DNA of 62,926 bases, counting the filler, from Basidiobolus ranarum (Eukaryota), in NCBI GenBank assembly GCA_040143965.1. It is 46 parts of 46 records of this genome, joined end to end, with 100 filler letters (N's around TTAATTAATTAA, not from the genome) between each part and the next. Parts side by side here need not be neighbours in the genome. Positions count along the whole stretch, not along the records: positions 1 to 1,275 come from JASJQH010012605.1; positions 1,376 to 2,650 come from JASJQH010012606.1; positions 2,751 to 4,025 come from JASJQH010012607.1; positions 4,126 to 5,399 come from JASJQH010012608.1; positions 5,500 to 6,773 come from JASJQH010012609.1; positions 6,874 to 8,147 come from JASJQH010012610.1; positions 8,248 to 9,521 come from JASJQH010012611.1; positions 9,622 to 10,894 come from JASJQH010012612.1; 38 more parts are not named here. One strand, 5' to 3'. Positions 1-12,549 of the stretch are shown piece by piece. The notes under the pieces are model-generated. The model had not been told where the DNA came from and did no database searches. It saw only the letters and a list, made by a program, of their open reading frames with translations. Each line of letters opens with the position of its first letter. The stretch's first letter is position 1. Position numbers and translations under genes: made by a program.

Positions 1-223
1 GACCTTCCATGGAAGGTCGTGGCGGAAGTACTCGATGTGAGTGATTACATGAATGGTTTGGTTTGATGGGTTGTGTCAAAGAACATGAATTCCATATATG
101 GTAATCTGGATGAACTAACACAAGGTTGCCAAGAAGGGAAGGCACAGCAGATATGATGTCATAATCTAATAATTGGGAGTTCTATTTGCAGTGGATCAGT
201 ATGCCAAGATCAGAATTGTGACA
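1..223 (-). mobile_element. LTR family A fragment (5' terminus at 223)
   Basis: Reverse complement matches the start of the full LTR at 21122 (TGTCAyrATTCTGATC); abuts CACTA internal sequence. Confidence 0.75.
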
Positions 224-346
224 GCCCAATCCATGGACACAGAGTAAGTGTCACTATTATTTGGACTAATTTGTTTGTGCAATAATCTGATGTAATTTCT
301 AGGAAAGTTGTAAGACACACTTCTTGGTGAAATTGCTTGCAATGTG

Positions 347-1275
347 CCCTAACAAATATAAAATCAACCAGATCCAGATTGAATCCACCCTTCAAAATAG
401 CTAGACTGTCAGAGAACCATCACAATATCACTGGCTTGTATTCTGCCAGGCATTTTGATGATGTGACAATGGTTTCTTGACAGTAATTTTATGGTACACA
501 TACATGTCAAAACGTTGAAACTCAAATTTGGCATGTGTTATTAAATATCCAGTAATTCTTGAAAAAATATGATTTTCAAATGGCAAATTACTGGGTTTAC
601 TGCTGTAGGAATTCATTTTAATATGCATGACTTTGTTTAGATATTTTAGGCTTTGTATTCCAGCCATAATGAAAATCAAAAAATACAAGAATCTTGTTGT
701 GTTTTGTCTCTACATATTCACATACTTGACTGATTAGACAAAACTCAGCAACATCAATTTGCTTTACCAGCAAACTAACAGTGGAAAAAATGCTAAACAT
801 TTGAAATTTTGAATAGCACTGACACATGGCAAATAGCTGATTCTTGTTACCTTTCACAATCAGAATAAGCTCTTGAGTTTGGCAAATTTTCATCAAGAAT
901 TCAGCCAATATATCCCCAACTTTCAGTCTACAAATGTCCTGCCACAAGTAGATATGTCATTGCTTGAATAGATTACCCCATGGCTAAAACAATAATACTG
1001 CTTATCTCCATCTATCTCACGAAGAAGTCTGTCTTGCAGCTTTCCTAAAAATACCATTGGATTATGACACAAGCAAATTAGTGCAATATAGAGGTACTTA
1101 CTCTCTGTCCATAAATTGGGCTTTGTTGCTGTTATTGTGTTCAAACAAATCAAAAACCTGTGAGAACTTTGAAAATAGCCCTTGTTTGGCAGGTTAATAT
1201 ACTCTGGAGTCTCCTTCACCCATTGCAATACATCCATCACTGCTTTTGCTGCTACATTGTTATCAGATTAGCATA
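347..1275 (-). mobile_element. CACTA/CMC transposon, transposase 3' part and right terminus (decayed)
   Basis: CCCTAACAAATATAAAATC terminus at 347; matches copies at 7149-8070 and 24180-24614. Confidence 0.85.
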
Positions 1276-1375
1276 NNNNNNNNNNNNNNNNNNNNNNNNN
1301 NNNNNNNNNNNNNNNNNNNTTAATTAATTAANNNNNNNNNNNNNNNNNNNNNNNNNNNNNNNNNNNNNNNNNNNN
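1276..1375. other. Artificial contig spacer N44-TTAATTAATTAA-N44 (first of 45)
   Basis: Identical 100-bp block between every contig; contig lengths fall steadily from 1275 to 1265 bp. Confidence 0.99.
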
Positions 1376-1604
1376 GAATTTAGCACTCTTCCAACTGCTG
1401 TACCTGGTTCCAAGGTGAAACTAAGTATTTTTGCCAGTATATCTGACTCTGGAAATGCAGATCTTTGTAAAGGTGTGAAGAAATTGGTAAGTGGGACAGT
1501 AGAGCCCAAACACAATGGCTCCTTTGCTTTTCCCTTGAGTTTACAAACTTCCTGCTCCTTCAGTACTTCTTTAGCTGCTTTTCTTTCTTTTCCAAGTTGA
1601 TATT

Positions 1605-2650
1605 TGTTGAAATTAGGTAAATAGCAACTCATTATTTGGTAGTAGTTTATTCATACTCTGATTATTTAGCATTCAATTCTGTCATTCAGAAACATGTGTT
1701 TATTGCTCTCATTGATTGAAATATCAATTAGGTCACTTTTACCAATTTTCACTATTTTCTCAAAACTTCTCCAAATCACCTCAAATTTTCACGCATGCTT
1801 AACAGGCATGTTTGTTATGATCCAAGCATGTCCAATAGTCCTATTTCATAGTAAACTATAAATAGGACATATTCAAATCAATAAAACTTAAGTGTCTAAT
1901 TCTCAAATCCAAATCTTGTCCAAAACACTTTTAAATCCCCTAAACACTTTTATCAGGTTATGAGCCCCAAGCTAGCTGTTAAAGGAATGTCTACCAGTAC
2001 TATTACCAACGTTTTTGTATCCACAGAGAAGTTTGAAGACATTCACCTTTGGAAGTTTAAGATGCACATGGTGCTAGAAGACAAGGACCTTTGGGGATTT
2101 GTTACAGATGAAGAAATATAGCCAAAGGGATCACCAGAAGCTATCCTTGCCATTCACAAGAAGCAGAGGAAAGCACTCTCTACACTTTGTCTACATCTGA
2201 GAGATTATCATTTGAGGCACATACAATCAGCCAAAAACATCTAAAATGCTTGGGAAACACTTGAGGGACTATATGAGACTAAAAGTGTGGCTAATAGGCT
2301 ATATCTTAGGCAAAAATTGTTCTCAATTCAGATGATTCCTGATGATTCTATGCTTAATCATATAAATCAGATAAAAACTATGGCAGATCAGCTCTCATCC
2401 ATTGGAGCACCTCTAAATGAAGATGACTTAGCCATGACACTAAATGGGAGCCTGCCAGACAAGTTTGGAAACCTCATAATTGCCCTAGAATCAACATCAG
2501 AGCCATTAATAATGGAATATGTTGGAGCTAGGCTTTTGAATGATGAATCAAGGAGATCTAATTCTCAGCAAAATAATGCAGAACAAGCCTTTTTTGGAGC
2601 TGTAAAATGTCTAACAGGCTTCAATAATGGTGCCCCTATTAGGAAATTGA
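1605..2650 (+). mobile_element. Ty1/copia element: 5' LTR family C (1605-1955), PBS GGTTATGAGCCC (1956-1967), decayed gag from 1987
   Basis: TG...CA LTR; gag motifs WKFKMHMVLEDKDLW, ANRLYLRQKLF, SLPDKFGNLIIALE; in-frame stops. Confidence 0.9.
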
Positions 2651-2750
2651 NNNNNNNNNNNNNNNNNNNNNNNNNNNNNNNNNNNNNNNNNNNNTTAATT
2701 AATTAANNNNNNNNNNNNNNNNNNNNNNNNNNNNNNNNNNNNNNNNNNNN

Positions 2751-3900
2751 AAACCAAGCTTGATATGGTGTAGAGTTAGACAGACTACTAGTAAAACTCC
2801 TATTCTTCAGATATACAGCTGTAGCAACAGATTCCGCCCAAAAGTTATGAGATAAATTTTGTGCATTTATCATAGATCTTGCCATTTCTATTATAGTCCT
2901 GTTAGCTTTTCAGCAACTCCATTTTGTTAAAGTGAATATGGATCAGTAGTGTCTTGCCTAATTCCATGAACTTTGCAAAAGTGCCTAAATAGTGTTGATG
3001 TATATTCTCCACCATTATCAACATGTATTTTCTTGATCTTAGTTCCAGTTTCAGTCTCCACAAGTGTTTTAAATTTTCACAAGATAGAGAGAGCTTCTTC
3101 TTTTCTTTTCATAAAGTAGACCCAAGTATATCTTGCATAATTATCAGTAAATGTGATTAAATATCTTTTTCCACCTAATGATAATTTTTGTATTGGTCCA
3201 CACAAATCTGAATGAATTAGATCCAATTTTTTGATAGATTTGATTAAACCAGAGCTCTTGAACAGTTACTTGGCTTGTTTTCCATGTATACAGCCCTCAC
3301 AAATTTCCATTTTGGTTGGGGGTTAATTTGAATTCAAGAAATTAGGCAACTTTTGTTTATTTTGCTCAAATAATCAAATCCAATATGGCCAAATCTCTTA
3401 CCCCATAATTGGATAGTTTCTTGATTGGAAAAGCATATATTTACACACAAACCTCTTGGATTATATGTAAGTTTGTACAAGTTCTAATCCTTTTCTCCCA
3501 AAGCTAAATAATTTCCATTTTGATCAGTGATGGTGCATCCTGACTTATCAAAATTGAATTTTAGCCCTTCTCAGGTGGCCTTGCATACAGATATTAAGTT
3601 CTTGGCAATATCTGGAGCATGTAGTACATCCTTAAAAGTATATACTTTCTCTTCAGAAGCTCCAGTTAAATTCACTTGAATTGTTGCCATTCCAATAGCA
3701 TCCAATGTGCAGTCATCTCCCATGAAAACCTTTCTAATTGGGATTTCTTGATATTCCACAAACCAATGTTTTTTGTTTGTGAAATGTTGGGAAGCTCCAG
3801 AATCAATACAACATGTCTGAGAATCCTTGTTGATAGTCATAGATAAAGCAGATATGAACAAGTGATCTTCTGTTGTGACCACATTCCCAGATTCAGTATG
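2751..3900 (-). mobile_element. Ty1/copia pol (protease, GAG-pre-integrase, integrase), decayed
   Basis: IDSGASQHFT, LIHSDLCGP, FWAESVATAVYLKNR motifs. Confidence 0.9.
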
Positions 3901-4125
3901 CTTTGCTTCTGTTGGAGGATCTTGACATAATAGGGGTAGACTTTGAGTATTAGAAGCAACTTATGATAATGTGTTTTAGTTAGTTTATTCTTAAGAGTAT
4001 ATGGTGACTTGTATGTAGAAAAGTANNNNNNNNNNNNNNNNNNNNNNNNNNNNNNNNNNNNNNNNNNNNTTAATTAATTAANNNNNNNNNNNNNNNNNNN
4101 NNNNNNNNNNNNNNNNNNNNNNNNN

Positions 4126-5399
4126 AGGAAAGTGGCATGGTCTGAGGCAGCAGGGCAAGGTAGATTGGATGGTGGGTCAATTGTGAAACAAGGATGGAAT
4201 CCATAATTTGCAAAGAAAGGAGTTTGCTTTGTTGAGGTATGATAAGAGTTATTGTAAGCAAATTCAGCAAGAGGCAAGAGTTGTGTCCAATTTTCCTGAT
4301 TATAGTCAATAGTGCATTGCAAATATTGTTTGAAAACTTCATTGAGTCTTTATATTTGGCCATCAGATTGGAGATGGAAAGCAGTGGAGAGATTGGCAGA
4401 GATACCCAAAGTATGGAGGAGACTTTTCCAGAATTTGGAAGCAAACTGAGGTCCTTGGTCAGAGATGCTAGTTTCAGGAAATCCATGTAGGCGGAAGATG
4501 TTTTGAGTTACCAATTCTGCTGTTTGTTTTGCATCAATTGACTTGTTGCAGGGCGCAATGTAGGCCATCTTTGTTAGATGCTCAACAATTACCAGAATTG
4601 AATGATATTTGGCAGACAAGGGTAGATCACTTATGAAATCCAGGGATATGGATTTCCACTGCTGATCAGGAATTGGAAGAGGCTGTAGGAGGCCATAGGG
4701 CTGATGTCTTGGAGTTTTCACTCAAGCACAAGTATCACAGGTCAAAACATAAGTCTTGACAAATGCAAACATTTTGGGCTACCAATGATACCTTGATGCC
4801 AACATATATGATTTGGCAACACCAAAGTGTCCTGCTAGTGGTGAGTCATATCTTTCCTGCATGATTTTGAGTCTGGAAGTGAGGTCTGGAATATAAAGTT
4901 GCTTCTTATAAAACAAGAGATCATTTATGATAGAGAAGTGGTGGTACAGGTTCAAGCTTGAGAGGTCTTTGGGTGTTTCCTGGGCTTTCTTGATTGATAT
5001 TACCAATGGGTCTTCAGATTGAAGTTTGTGGATGTTTTCATGGCATGTGCTTGAACTAGGCAGAGAAAAGGCAGTTGCACTATTTTGAAGTTGGTGGGGC
5101 TTTGGTAAGGAAGTATTTTGTTGGCCAAAGGCCTCATCCCCTTCTTTAGGCTGATATTCTGCTTTATGTGATAAGGCATCAGGCTTTCCTTGCTGGCTAC
5201 CTGGTCAACATGTAATCACAAAATCAAAACTGGCAAGAAATAATGTCCATCTTGCTTGACAACAGTTGAGAACTTTGTTGTACTAAAATACTGAAGATTC
5301 TTGTGATCACAATAAACTGTGATTTTGTGATTTGCTCCATCCAAGTATTGTTGCCATTGTTCAAACGCAGCAATAATTGCTAATAGTTCCTTGTAATAG
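4126..5399 (-). mobile_element. Ty3/gypsy pol (RNase H end and integrase), decayed
   Basis: KELLAI, DHKNL, AGHFG, GLLQPLPIP, ISLDFI, PQFASKFW, LAEFAYNN motifs. Confidence 0.92.
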
Positions 5400-5525
5400 N
5401 NNNNNNNNNNNNNNNNNNNNNNNNNNNNNNNNNNNNNNNNNNNTTAATTAATTAANNNNNNNNNNNNNNNNNNNNNNNNNNNNNNNNNNNNNNNNNNNNC
5501 TGACCAGGTCCAATGGAACAAGTCA

Positions 5526-6401
5526 AACGCAACGGGTTAAGGCGACTCCAGAGTATATTAACCTGCCAGCAAAGGGCTCTTTTCAACGTGCTCGCAGGTT
5601 TTTGCATTGTTGGAGCATAATAACAGCAACAAAGCCCAATCCATGGACACAGAGTAAGTATCTCTATAATCGGACTAATTGGCTTGTGTGATTATCTGAC
5701 AGTACTTTTAGGAAAGCTGCAAGACAGACTTCTTGGTGAGATAGATCAACATACACAGTATTATTGTTTTAGCCATGGGGTAACCTATTCAAGCTATCTG
5801 ACAAATCTACTTGTGGCAGCACATTTGTTGACTGCAAGTTGGGGATATATTAGCAGTATTCGTTACAGAAATTTGCCAAAATCCAAGAGCTTATTCTCAT
5901 TGTGAACAGTAACAAGAGTCAGCTATTTGCCAAGTGTCAGTGCTATTAAAAGTTTCAGATGTGTAGCAGTTTTTGCACCATTAGTTTGCTGGTAAAGCAT
6001 ATTGATGTTGTTAAGTTATATCTAATCTATTGAGTATGTAGATATGTAGAGACTAAACACAACAAGATTCTTTTATTTTTTGATTCTCATTATGGCTGGA
6101 ATACAAAGCCTAAAATATCTAAATAAAGGCATGCATATGATTTCAAATTCCTACTGCAGTAAACCCAGTAATTTGCCATTTGAAAATTGTATTTTTGCAA
6201 GAATTGCAAGGTATTGAATAACGCATGCCACAATTGAGGATCAATATTTTAGCATGTATGAATACCATCAAGAAACCACCGTCACACCATCAAAATCCCT
6301 GGCAGAATGCAAGCCACCAATTTTGTGATGTTTCTCTGATGGTTTTGCTCTTTTGGAGGATGGATCCAATCCAGATCAAATTGACTTTATATTTGTTAGG
6401 G
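5526..6401 (+). mobile_element. CACTA/CMC transposase 3' part and right terminus
   Basis: Homologous to other copies; ends ATTTGTTAGGG. Confidence 0.85.
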
Positions 6402-6710
6402 GAATACACTGTAGCAAGTTCAAGTTTTGGGATGTTAGGGACTACAAGGATTACTACAAAGAGGGATAATGAAATGATGATCAGGTGCCCTTCCATGGAA
6501 GGTCTTGGTGGAAATATACTATAGGTGATTTGACATGATTGGTTAGGTATAATGGAATGTTCCAAAGAACATGACCACCATATAAGATATCCTGGATGAA
6601 TAAACACAAGATTGCCAAGAAGAGATGGTACAGCAGATATGATGTCCTAATTAATTAATAGAAGAGTTCTATTTGCAGTGGATTAGTATGCTAAGATCAG
6701 AATCATGATA
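6402..6710 (-). mobile_element. LTR family A fragment
   Basis: Matches 21122-21440 in reverse complement. Confidence 0.75.
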
Positions 6711-6961
6711 GTATCCCCTTCTTTGGTGATGGCTAACAGACATACTAGGGCCAGGTTTTTCTGGGTAGGTTGCNNNNNNNNNNNNNNNNNNNNNNNNNNN
6801 NNNNNNNNNNNNNNNNNTTAATTAATTAANNNNNNNNNNNNNNNNNNNNNNNNNNNNNNNNNNNNNNNNNNNNCTTTTAATAGTGAAGCAGAGTTCATTA
6901 GCGCCTTTAATCAATCACGTCAGTACTCAGTTGCCTCGCATTTTGAAAAGTTGGCCACTAC

Positions 6962-8070
6962 CTGAGATTGTAGCCAATTATGCACAACTATTGTGTGGGA
7001 TCTTTAAATTTCACTCCTGAAACTGAAAAAATTGATTAAAATCAAATCTAACTTGATTATTTCATGATGGTCAGTGAACAATCAATCCCAAATGGATTAA
7101 AATTGTGATGGTTTTCCTACAATAACAATCCTCAAATTTCTGTTAAGGTCATCAGTATCAACATATGCTAATCTGATTAACAATGTATAAGCAAAATCAG
7201 TGATGGATGTAATGAAATGGGTTAAGGAGACTCCAGAGGATATTAACCTGCCAACAAAGGGCTCTTTTCAATGTGCACATGGGTTTTTTGCATTGTTTGA
7301 GCACAATAACAGCAACAAAGCCCAATCCATGGACACAGAGTAAGTATCTCTATAATTTGGACTTATTTGTTTATTTGGTAATCTGTGGTATTTTAGGAAA
7401 GCTGCAAGACAGACTTCTTGGTGAGATAGATCAAGATACACAGTATTATTGTTTTAGCCATGGGGTAATCTATTCAAGCAATGACACATCTACTTCTGGC
7501 ATAACATTTGTTGACTGCAAGCTTGGGGATATATTGGCTGAATTCTTTATGGAAAATTGCCAAAATCAGAGAGCTTATTCTCATTGTGAATGGTAACAAG
7601 AGTCAGCTATTTGCCTAGTGTCAGTGCTATTCAAAAATTCAGATGTTTAGCAATTTTTCCACCATTAGTTTGCTGATAAACCATATTGACGTTGCTGAGT
7701 TATGTCTAATCAGTCAAGTATATGCATATGTAGAGACTAAACACAACAAGATTTTAGTATTTTTTGATTCCCATTATGGCTGGAATACAAACCCTATAAT
7801 ATCTAAATAAAGTCATGCATATTAATTCAAATTCCTACAGTAGTAAACCCAGTAATTTGCCATTTGAAAATTAGATTTTTGCAAAAATATCCAGACATTG
7901 AATAATGAATACCATGAAGACACCATCAAGAAACTGTCAAGAAACCACTGTCACACTATCAAAATCCCTGGCATAATGCAAGCCACTAATATTGTAATAG
8001 TTCTCTGATGGTTTTGCTAATTTGGAGGGTGGATCTAATCCAGATCAAATTGATTTTATATCTGTTAGGG
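6962..8070 (+). mobile_element. CACTA left end (inverted, terminus ~7148) nested in a second copy's transposase 3' part ending in the right terminus (8070)
   Basis: AAATTTCTGTTAAGG junction; TCTGTTAGGG end followed by copia protease sequence. Confidence 0.85.
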
Positions 8071-8808
8071 TCCACCAACACATGTTTTTCATTTGTGAAA
8101 GGTTGGGAGGCTCCAGAATCAATGCACCACATCTGATAATCCTTGTCNNNNNNNNNNNNNNNNNNNNNNNNNNNNNNNNNNNNNNNNNNNNTTAATTAAT
8201 TAANNNNNNNNNNNNNNNNNNNNNNNNNNNNNNNNNNNNNNNNNNNNATTTGTATACCCCTGCCCCAGGAGACTGTCCATCTACAGAGCGGATTCCGCTC
8301 AGCTATGCACCAGTCGATTGAGAGAGACGTGCTCAAATTAGATCTTAAAATGCCGTATTTTGTTCTTTAAGCCTGATCTCAAACGACATTGACTAAAATA
8401 CGGTGGCAATATTCCATATTCCCTAAAATGAAAAAAATCTGGACAAAACAAAGCTGAAAGGTGACCAATCAACTACATCCAATCTGAAAGGTAAACAACA
8501 ACGTCTGAAATGTTCTAGTATAACGGATTAATGATTAATGAATATACATAAAACATTCCGAAAAAAATCTGAAAAAATCCATTGAAAACACACACAAAGA
8601 CCGAATGCGCCCATAGTTTTTGTTGATGTCAATCCCCACCTACAAAAGGTTTCCCACCACTACTCCCTTGATTCTCCTCCAGACTAACTCTTCTTTTTTG
8701 TAGCCTCTTTTCATTTTCCATTGCTAGAATACAACTGTAATTCATATTCCTACCATTTCTTAAAACCGTAACCCCTACTTGTACCACATATTCGTAATTT
8801 GAAGAAAA

Positions 8809-9521
8809 ATGTCCTCCGAGATCTACCAAAGATTTGAAAAGGTCGGTGAAGGTACCTATGGTGTCGTTTACAAAGCTAAAGATCGCAGAACCGGCGAAAT
8901 TGTTGCCATGAAAAAAGTCCGCTTAGAATCCGAAGATGAAGGTGTGCCTACCACCGCCATCAGAGAGATCTCTGTGCTTAAAGCGCTCAAGCACGACAAC
9001 GTTGTTAGGTTGTTACACTTTTCTTCCCCCCAGAGTTATATAGTGTGACACCATATTTCTGATTGCATACTTACTTTATTATTATTTATCGTAGACTTTT
9101 GGATATCGAGCACAACGATACCAAGTTGTATCTTGTTTTTGAGTTCTTAGATCTTGACTTGAAGAAGTATATGGATTTCGTTGGTGCTGAGGGTATGACT
9201 CTTAAGCTCGTCAAGGTAGGCTTGGTTCACGTGTGTTCTCACTGTATGGAATGGTAGTATTAATCATTTGCATTCGTGTGATCTAGAGTTTCCTCTATCA
9301 ATTAATCAAAGGAATGGCATTCTGTCATGCTCGCCGTATTCTTCACAGAGATCTTAAACCTCAAAACCTCCTTATCGACAAAGAGGGTGTGTTGAAGATC
9401 GCTGATTTCGGATTAGCCAGAGCTTTTGGTATTCCCATGAGAAATTATACACATGAGATTGTGACTTTGTGGTACCGTGCACCTGAAGTTCTTTTAGGAT
9501 CCAAGCATTATGCTACTGGTG
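8809..9521 (+). CDS. CDK1: Cyclin-dependent kinase 1 (Cdc2/Cdc28), 3'-truncated; exons 8809-9008, 9095-9215, 9287->9521
   Basis: [53 protein letters not shown]; two GT-AG introns restore the frame. Confidence 0.93.
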
Positions 9522-9621
9522 NNNNNNNNNNNNNNNNNNNNNNNNNNNNNNNNNNNNNNNNNNNNTTAATTAATTAANNNNNNNNNNNNNNNNNNNNNNN
9601 NNNNNNNNNNNNNNNNNNNNN

Positions 9622-10013
9622 TACGAAATCGCTTTAGCTTCCTTCTTGTGTAAAATATTTGATGTACCTTCGGAGGATATGTGTGCAAAAGAGAACTTCT
9701 TCAGTGTGGGAGGCTCTTTTCTAGAAGTCGTATAGTAACTTGATTTTCTTCAACCAATGATTTTATGGATTTATCAAGTAAGTTTCTAATGTATAGATAC
9801 AAAGCAAGAATTATTGAACACTTAAATTTAGCCAAGGTAAAACTACAATTGTAATACGGAAATGCCATGTGTTTTTAACTAATCAATATGTTTCATTACA
9901 GAATTGGCCAGTCATCAGAATTATGCAGTATCCCACTATTTGAGCACTTGCAACACATTGAATGCCCAACCAGAACTATGATCCAGTTGTCCTGTTACAA
10001 GTAGCAGGATCAG
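9622..10013 (+). pseudogene. Decayed NRPS-like (A-T-TE type) gene: carrier (T) domain and thioesterase start
   Basis: Manual splice and translation gives ENFFSVGGSFLEVV*YKARIIEHLNLAK/NWPVIRIMQYPTI*ALATH*MPNQNYDPVVLLQVAGS; carrier-domain motifs; in-frame stops. Confidence 0.65.
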
Positions 10014-10729
10014 GCGTTAGTACTATCGCTATAGAACTATGATCTTGATTCTAACTTACATTGTTTATTATTGGAATGTAGATATAGTATATACTAACCA
10101 CAGTATCCTTAGCTGAACAACATTTAACTAGCAATCGAAACTTGCTTCATGTTGGCGAACAGACATAACATGAGAATATGATTCTAGTAAAGATGTGATT
10201 GAGACAGAGACAGAGCCCAAGGAATAATTTGAGATTCTGCTGGTAACTGTACCTGAACTACTACTTGAGCCTCTGCATGTGACTGTAGTATTGCAAGATC
10301 AGGATGCTCAAAAAAGATATACACACTAAAGCACACTTTCCATTTAATACTCCGAGATACCGAAAAGTTCTACTTTTCTACTTGCCATATCCAAAATTTT
10401 AGCTTGTACCAAAATGCAATTCTGTGGAAATGCAGGGAAGTAATTTTAAAAGAAGTTGTTTGAGTTTTCCCACTACTTGTGTTGCAGAATAACAAGATAA
10501 TACAGTATAATACAACGTCAAAAGTCAAATTATTGGGAGTATCAAAGGGAGATATGAGTACTTCTTCACATTGTTCATTGGCAGGATGCTTCTACAAATT
10601 TCAATGATTGGACAATTATTGACTGCGTCCAGTAGTAGTAAGCAACATTTAACCATTGCATGGTTTATTTTTAATGAGTGCTATTAATGAATATATACTA
10701 ATTACATAATGTGTTGCTAATCACATCTT

Positions 10730-10893
10730 TAGTTACACCTGCCGCACCTTGAGCCGGAGGATTCGGGCTCTTCCGGCTCTTCCGGCGAAGAAGGTTGTTC
10801 TTGTTCGATGGGCTGCGAAGGCTGATATAATGTTTGATCTATTGTCTGTGCTTGATCAAACTGATTCGAATCGGACAGAGCATGGCCTGCTTG
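10730..10893 (-). CDS. C-terminus of an unknown Pro/Glu-rich protein ending ...PEEPEEPESSGSRCGRCN*
   Basis: Open frame from the contig edge to TAA; CpG-rich, gene-like composition. Confidence 0.35.
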
Positions 10894-10994
10894 TNNNNNN
10901 NNNNNNNNNNNNNNNNNNNNNNNNNNNNNNNNNNNNNNTTAATTAATTAANNNNNNNNNNNNNNNNNNNNNNNNNNNNNNNNNNNNNNNNNNNN

Positions 10995-11959
10995 CATGAT
11001 GGCTAGATGTACAGGAGGCCTGCAAAAGAGGTTGGGATCAGCAGAGAGAGTATCCTCAGAGAGAATATTGAATTTGGTGACATGCCAGCCAAGATTCTTA
11101 ACCAGAAATGCAGTAAAGGAGGCCTCAATATTTCTGTCCAAGATAATCTCCAGAACTTTGCCCCTTCTCCATGCCAAGTCAGTCATTTAGTTGGAGTAGA
11201 AATCTTGCCCTGAGTAAAACTACTCTAATACAATATGGGAAGAATCCAAAAGTTCCATTTAGAGGATGATCATAGGGAGTGTCAGGCAAGTCAGGCATTG
11301 GCAGCCTGAGGTAGTACATGATGAATCTATGAAGCTTAGAATAGTCTCTTTGATTCAGTGGGAGTAGATGTACTCCATAACCCAGAACTGGTATCAAAAA
11401 CTGCTTGAGAAGTCTTTGAAAGCCATGATAAGAGGTAGTAGCTGATATAACAGCAAGCAACTTATGAACAGCCTACTTAGCCAAGGCAATTCTAACTCAC
11501 AAGTGTTTCTTCACATCAATGCCAGTTTGAGTAAATGGAAAGCCTAGATTTGTTGCATGGCTCATATAAAGAAGCTGAATATCATACAAGGAAATGGTGC
11601 AACCAATTGGAATTGTGTTGGCAACAGAAAGCTCCAAGTTATTTCTGAAAGGTATCTCTGAATAGTAGCAGTATCCAGCTAAGCCTGAGAAGTAGAAACT
11701 CTGATATGGTCAGCAAGCAAAGTAAGCAGAGATCCAGGGGACAGCTGAGGAATATCATTGAGAAATATCAGAAAAGGCAGAGAACCTAGCACTGAAGCTT
11801 GCACCATGCCATTGGGCACTGGGTATAGGCCACAAGTGAATTCAGGATGGAGGATTCTGGCTTTACTGCTAATAAAGAGCACACTCACTTGCATAGTGAA
11901 TGGCTTGGAAGTTAATGACTGAAGCTTTCTCCACAACAGATCTCTGTCTACTGAGTCAA
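10995..11959 (-). mobile_element. Non-LTR (LINE) reverse transcriptase, decayed
   Basis: DSVDRDLLWRKL; GMVQASVLGSLPFLIFLND (GVPQGS motif); LLADH (FADD); NLGFPF (YLG). Confidence 0.8.
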
Positions 11960-12158
11960 CCCTAAAAGAAATTTGAGGATTGTTATTGTAGGAAAACCAT
12001 CACAATTTTAATCCATATGGGATTGGCTGCTTACTTACCATCATAAAATCAGCACATTAGATTTAATTTCAATCAATTTCTTCAGTTTCAGGAGTGAAAT
12101 TTCAAGATCTTGCAAAATAGTTGCACATGATTGGCTACAATCTCAGCAAACTATGGAT
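11960..12158 (+). mobile_element. CACTA left terminus inserted in the LINE
   Basis: CCCTAAAAGAAATTTGAGGATTG. Confidence 0.8.
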
Positions 12159-12549
12159 ATGCATCACTTTCTCTACGTGCCACTGAGCTCTTCATGCAGA
12201 GGATTAGCCAATGTTACTACTAGTCACTTAATTTGAAAAAAGTGACTGAAGAAAGATATATGTATTGNNNNNNNNNNNNNNNNNNNNNNNNNNNNNNNNN
12301 NNNNNNNNNNNTTAATTAATTAANNNNNNNNNNNNNNNNNNNNNNNNNNNNNNNNNNNNNNNNNNNNAATGTGGGTTAATACTGATAAATCTGAAGTAAT
12401 GGGGGATAATACTAATAGTGTGATATGATTGGCTAGAAAATATGGGTAAGTCAGATAAGGATAATAAAATAGAAATTGTGTAATAGTAATGATATGAGCT
12501 CGGAGTGGAAATAAGTCAACCTGCCAGTGGGTAGCAATGCTACCCCACT

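Noticed and set aside
210-688. Short ORFs such as PPSHHQNPWQNASHQ in the CACTA 3' region and antisense ORFs over TE genes
   Set aside because: They lie after the transposase stop or on the shadow strand and are not kept in frame across copies
1320-1331. Regularly spaced TTAATTAATTAA palindromes and ORFs ending in X...LIN
   Set aside because: Assembly linker inside N-runs; not a biological repeat or CRISPR array, and gene neighbourhoods across spacers are meaningless
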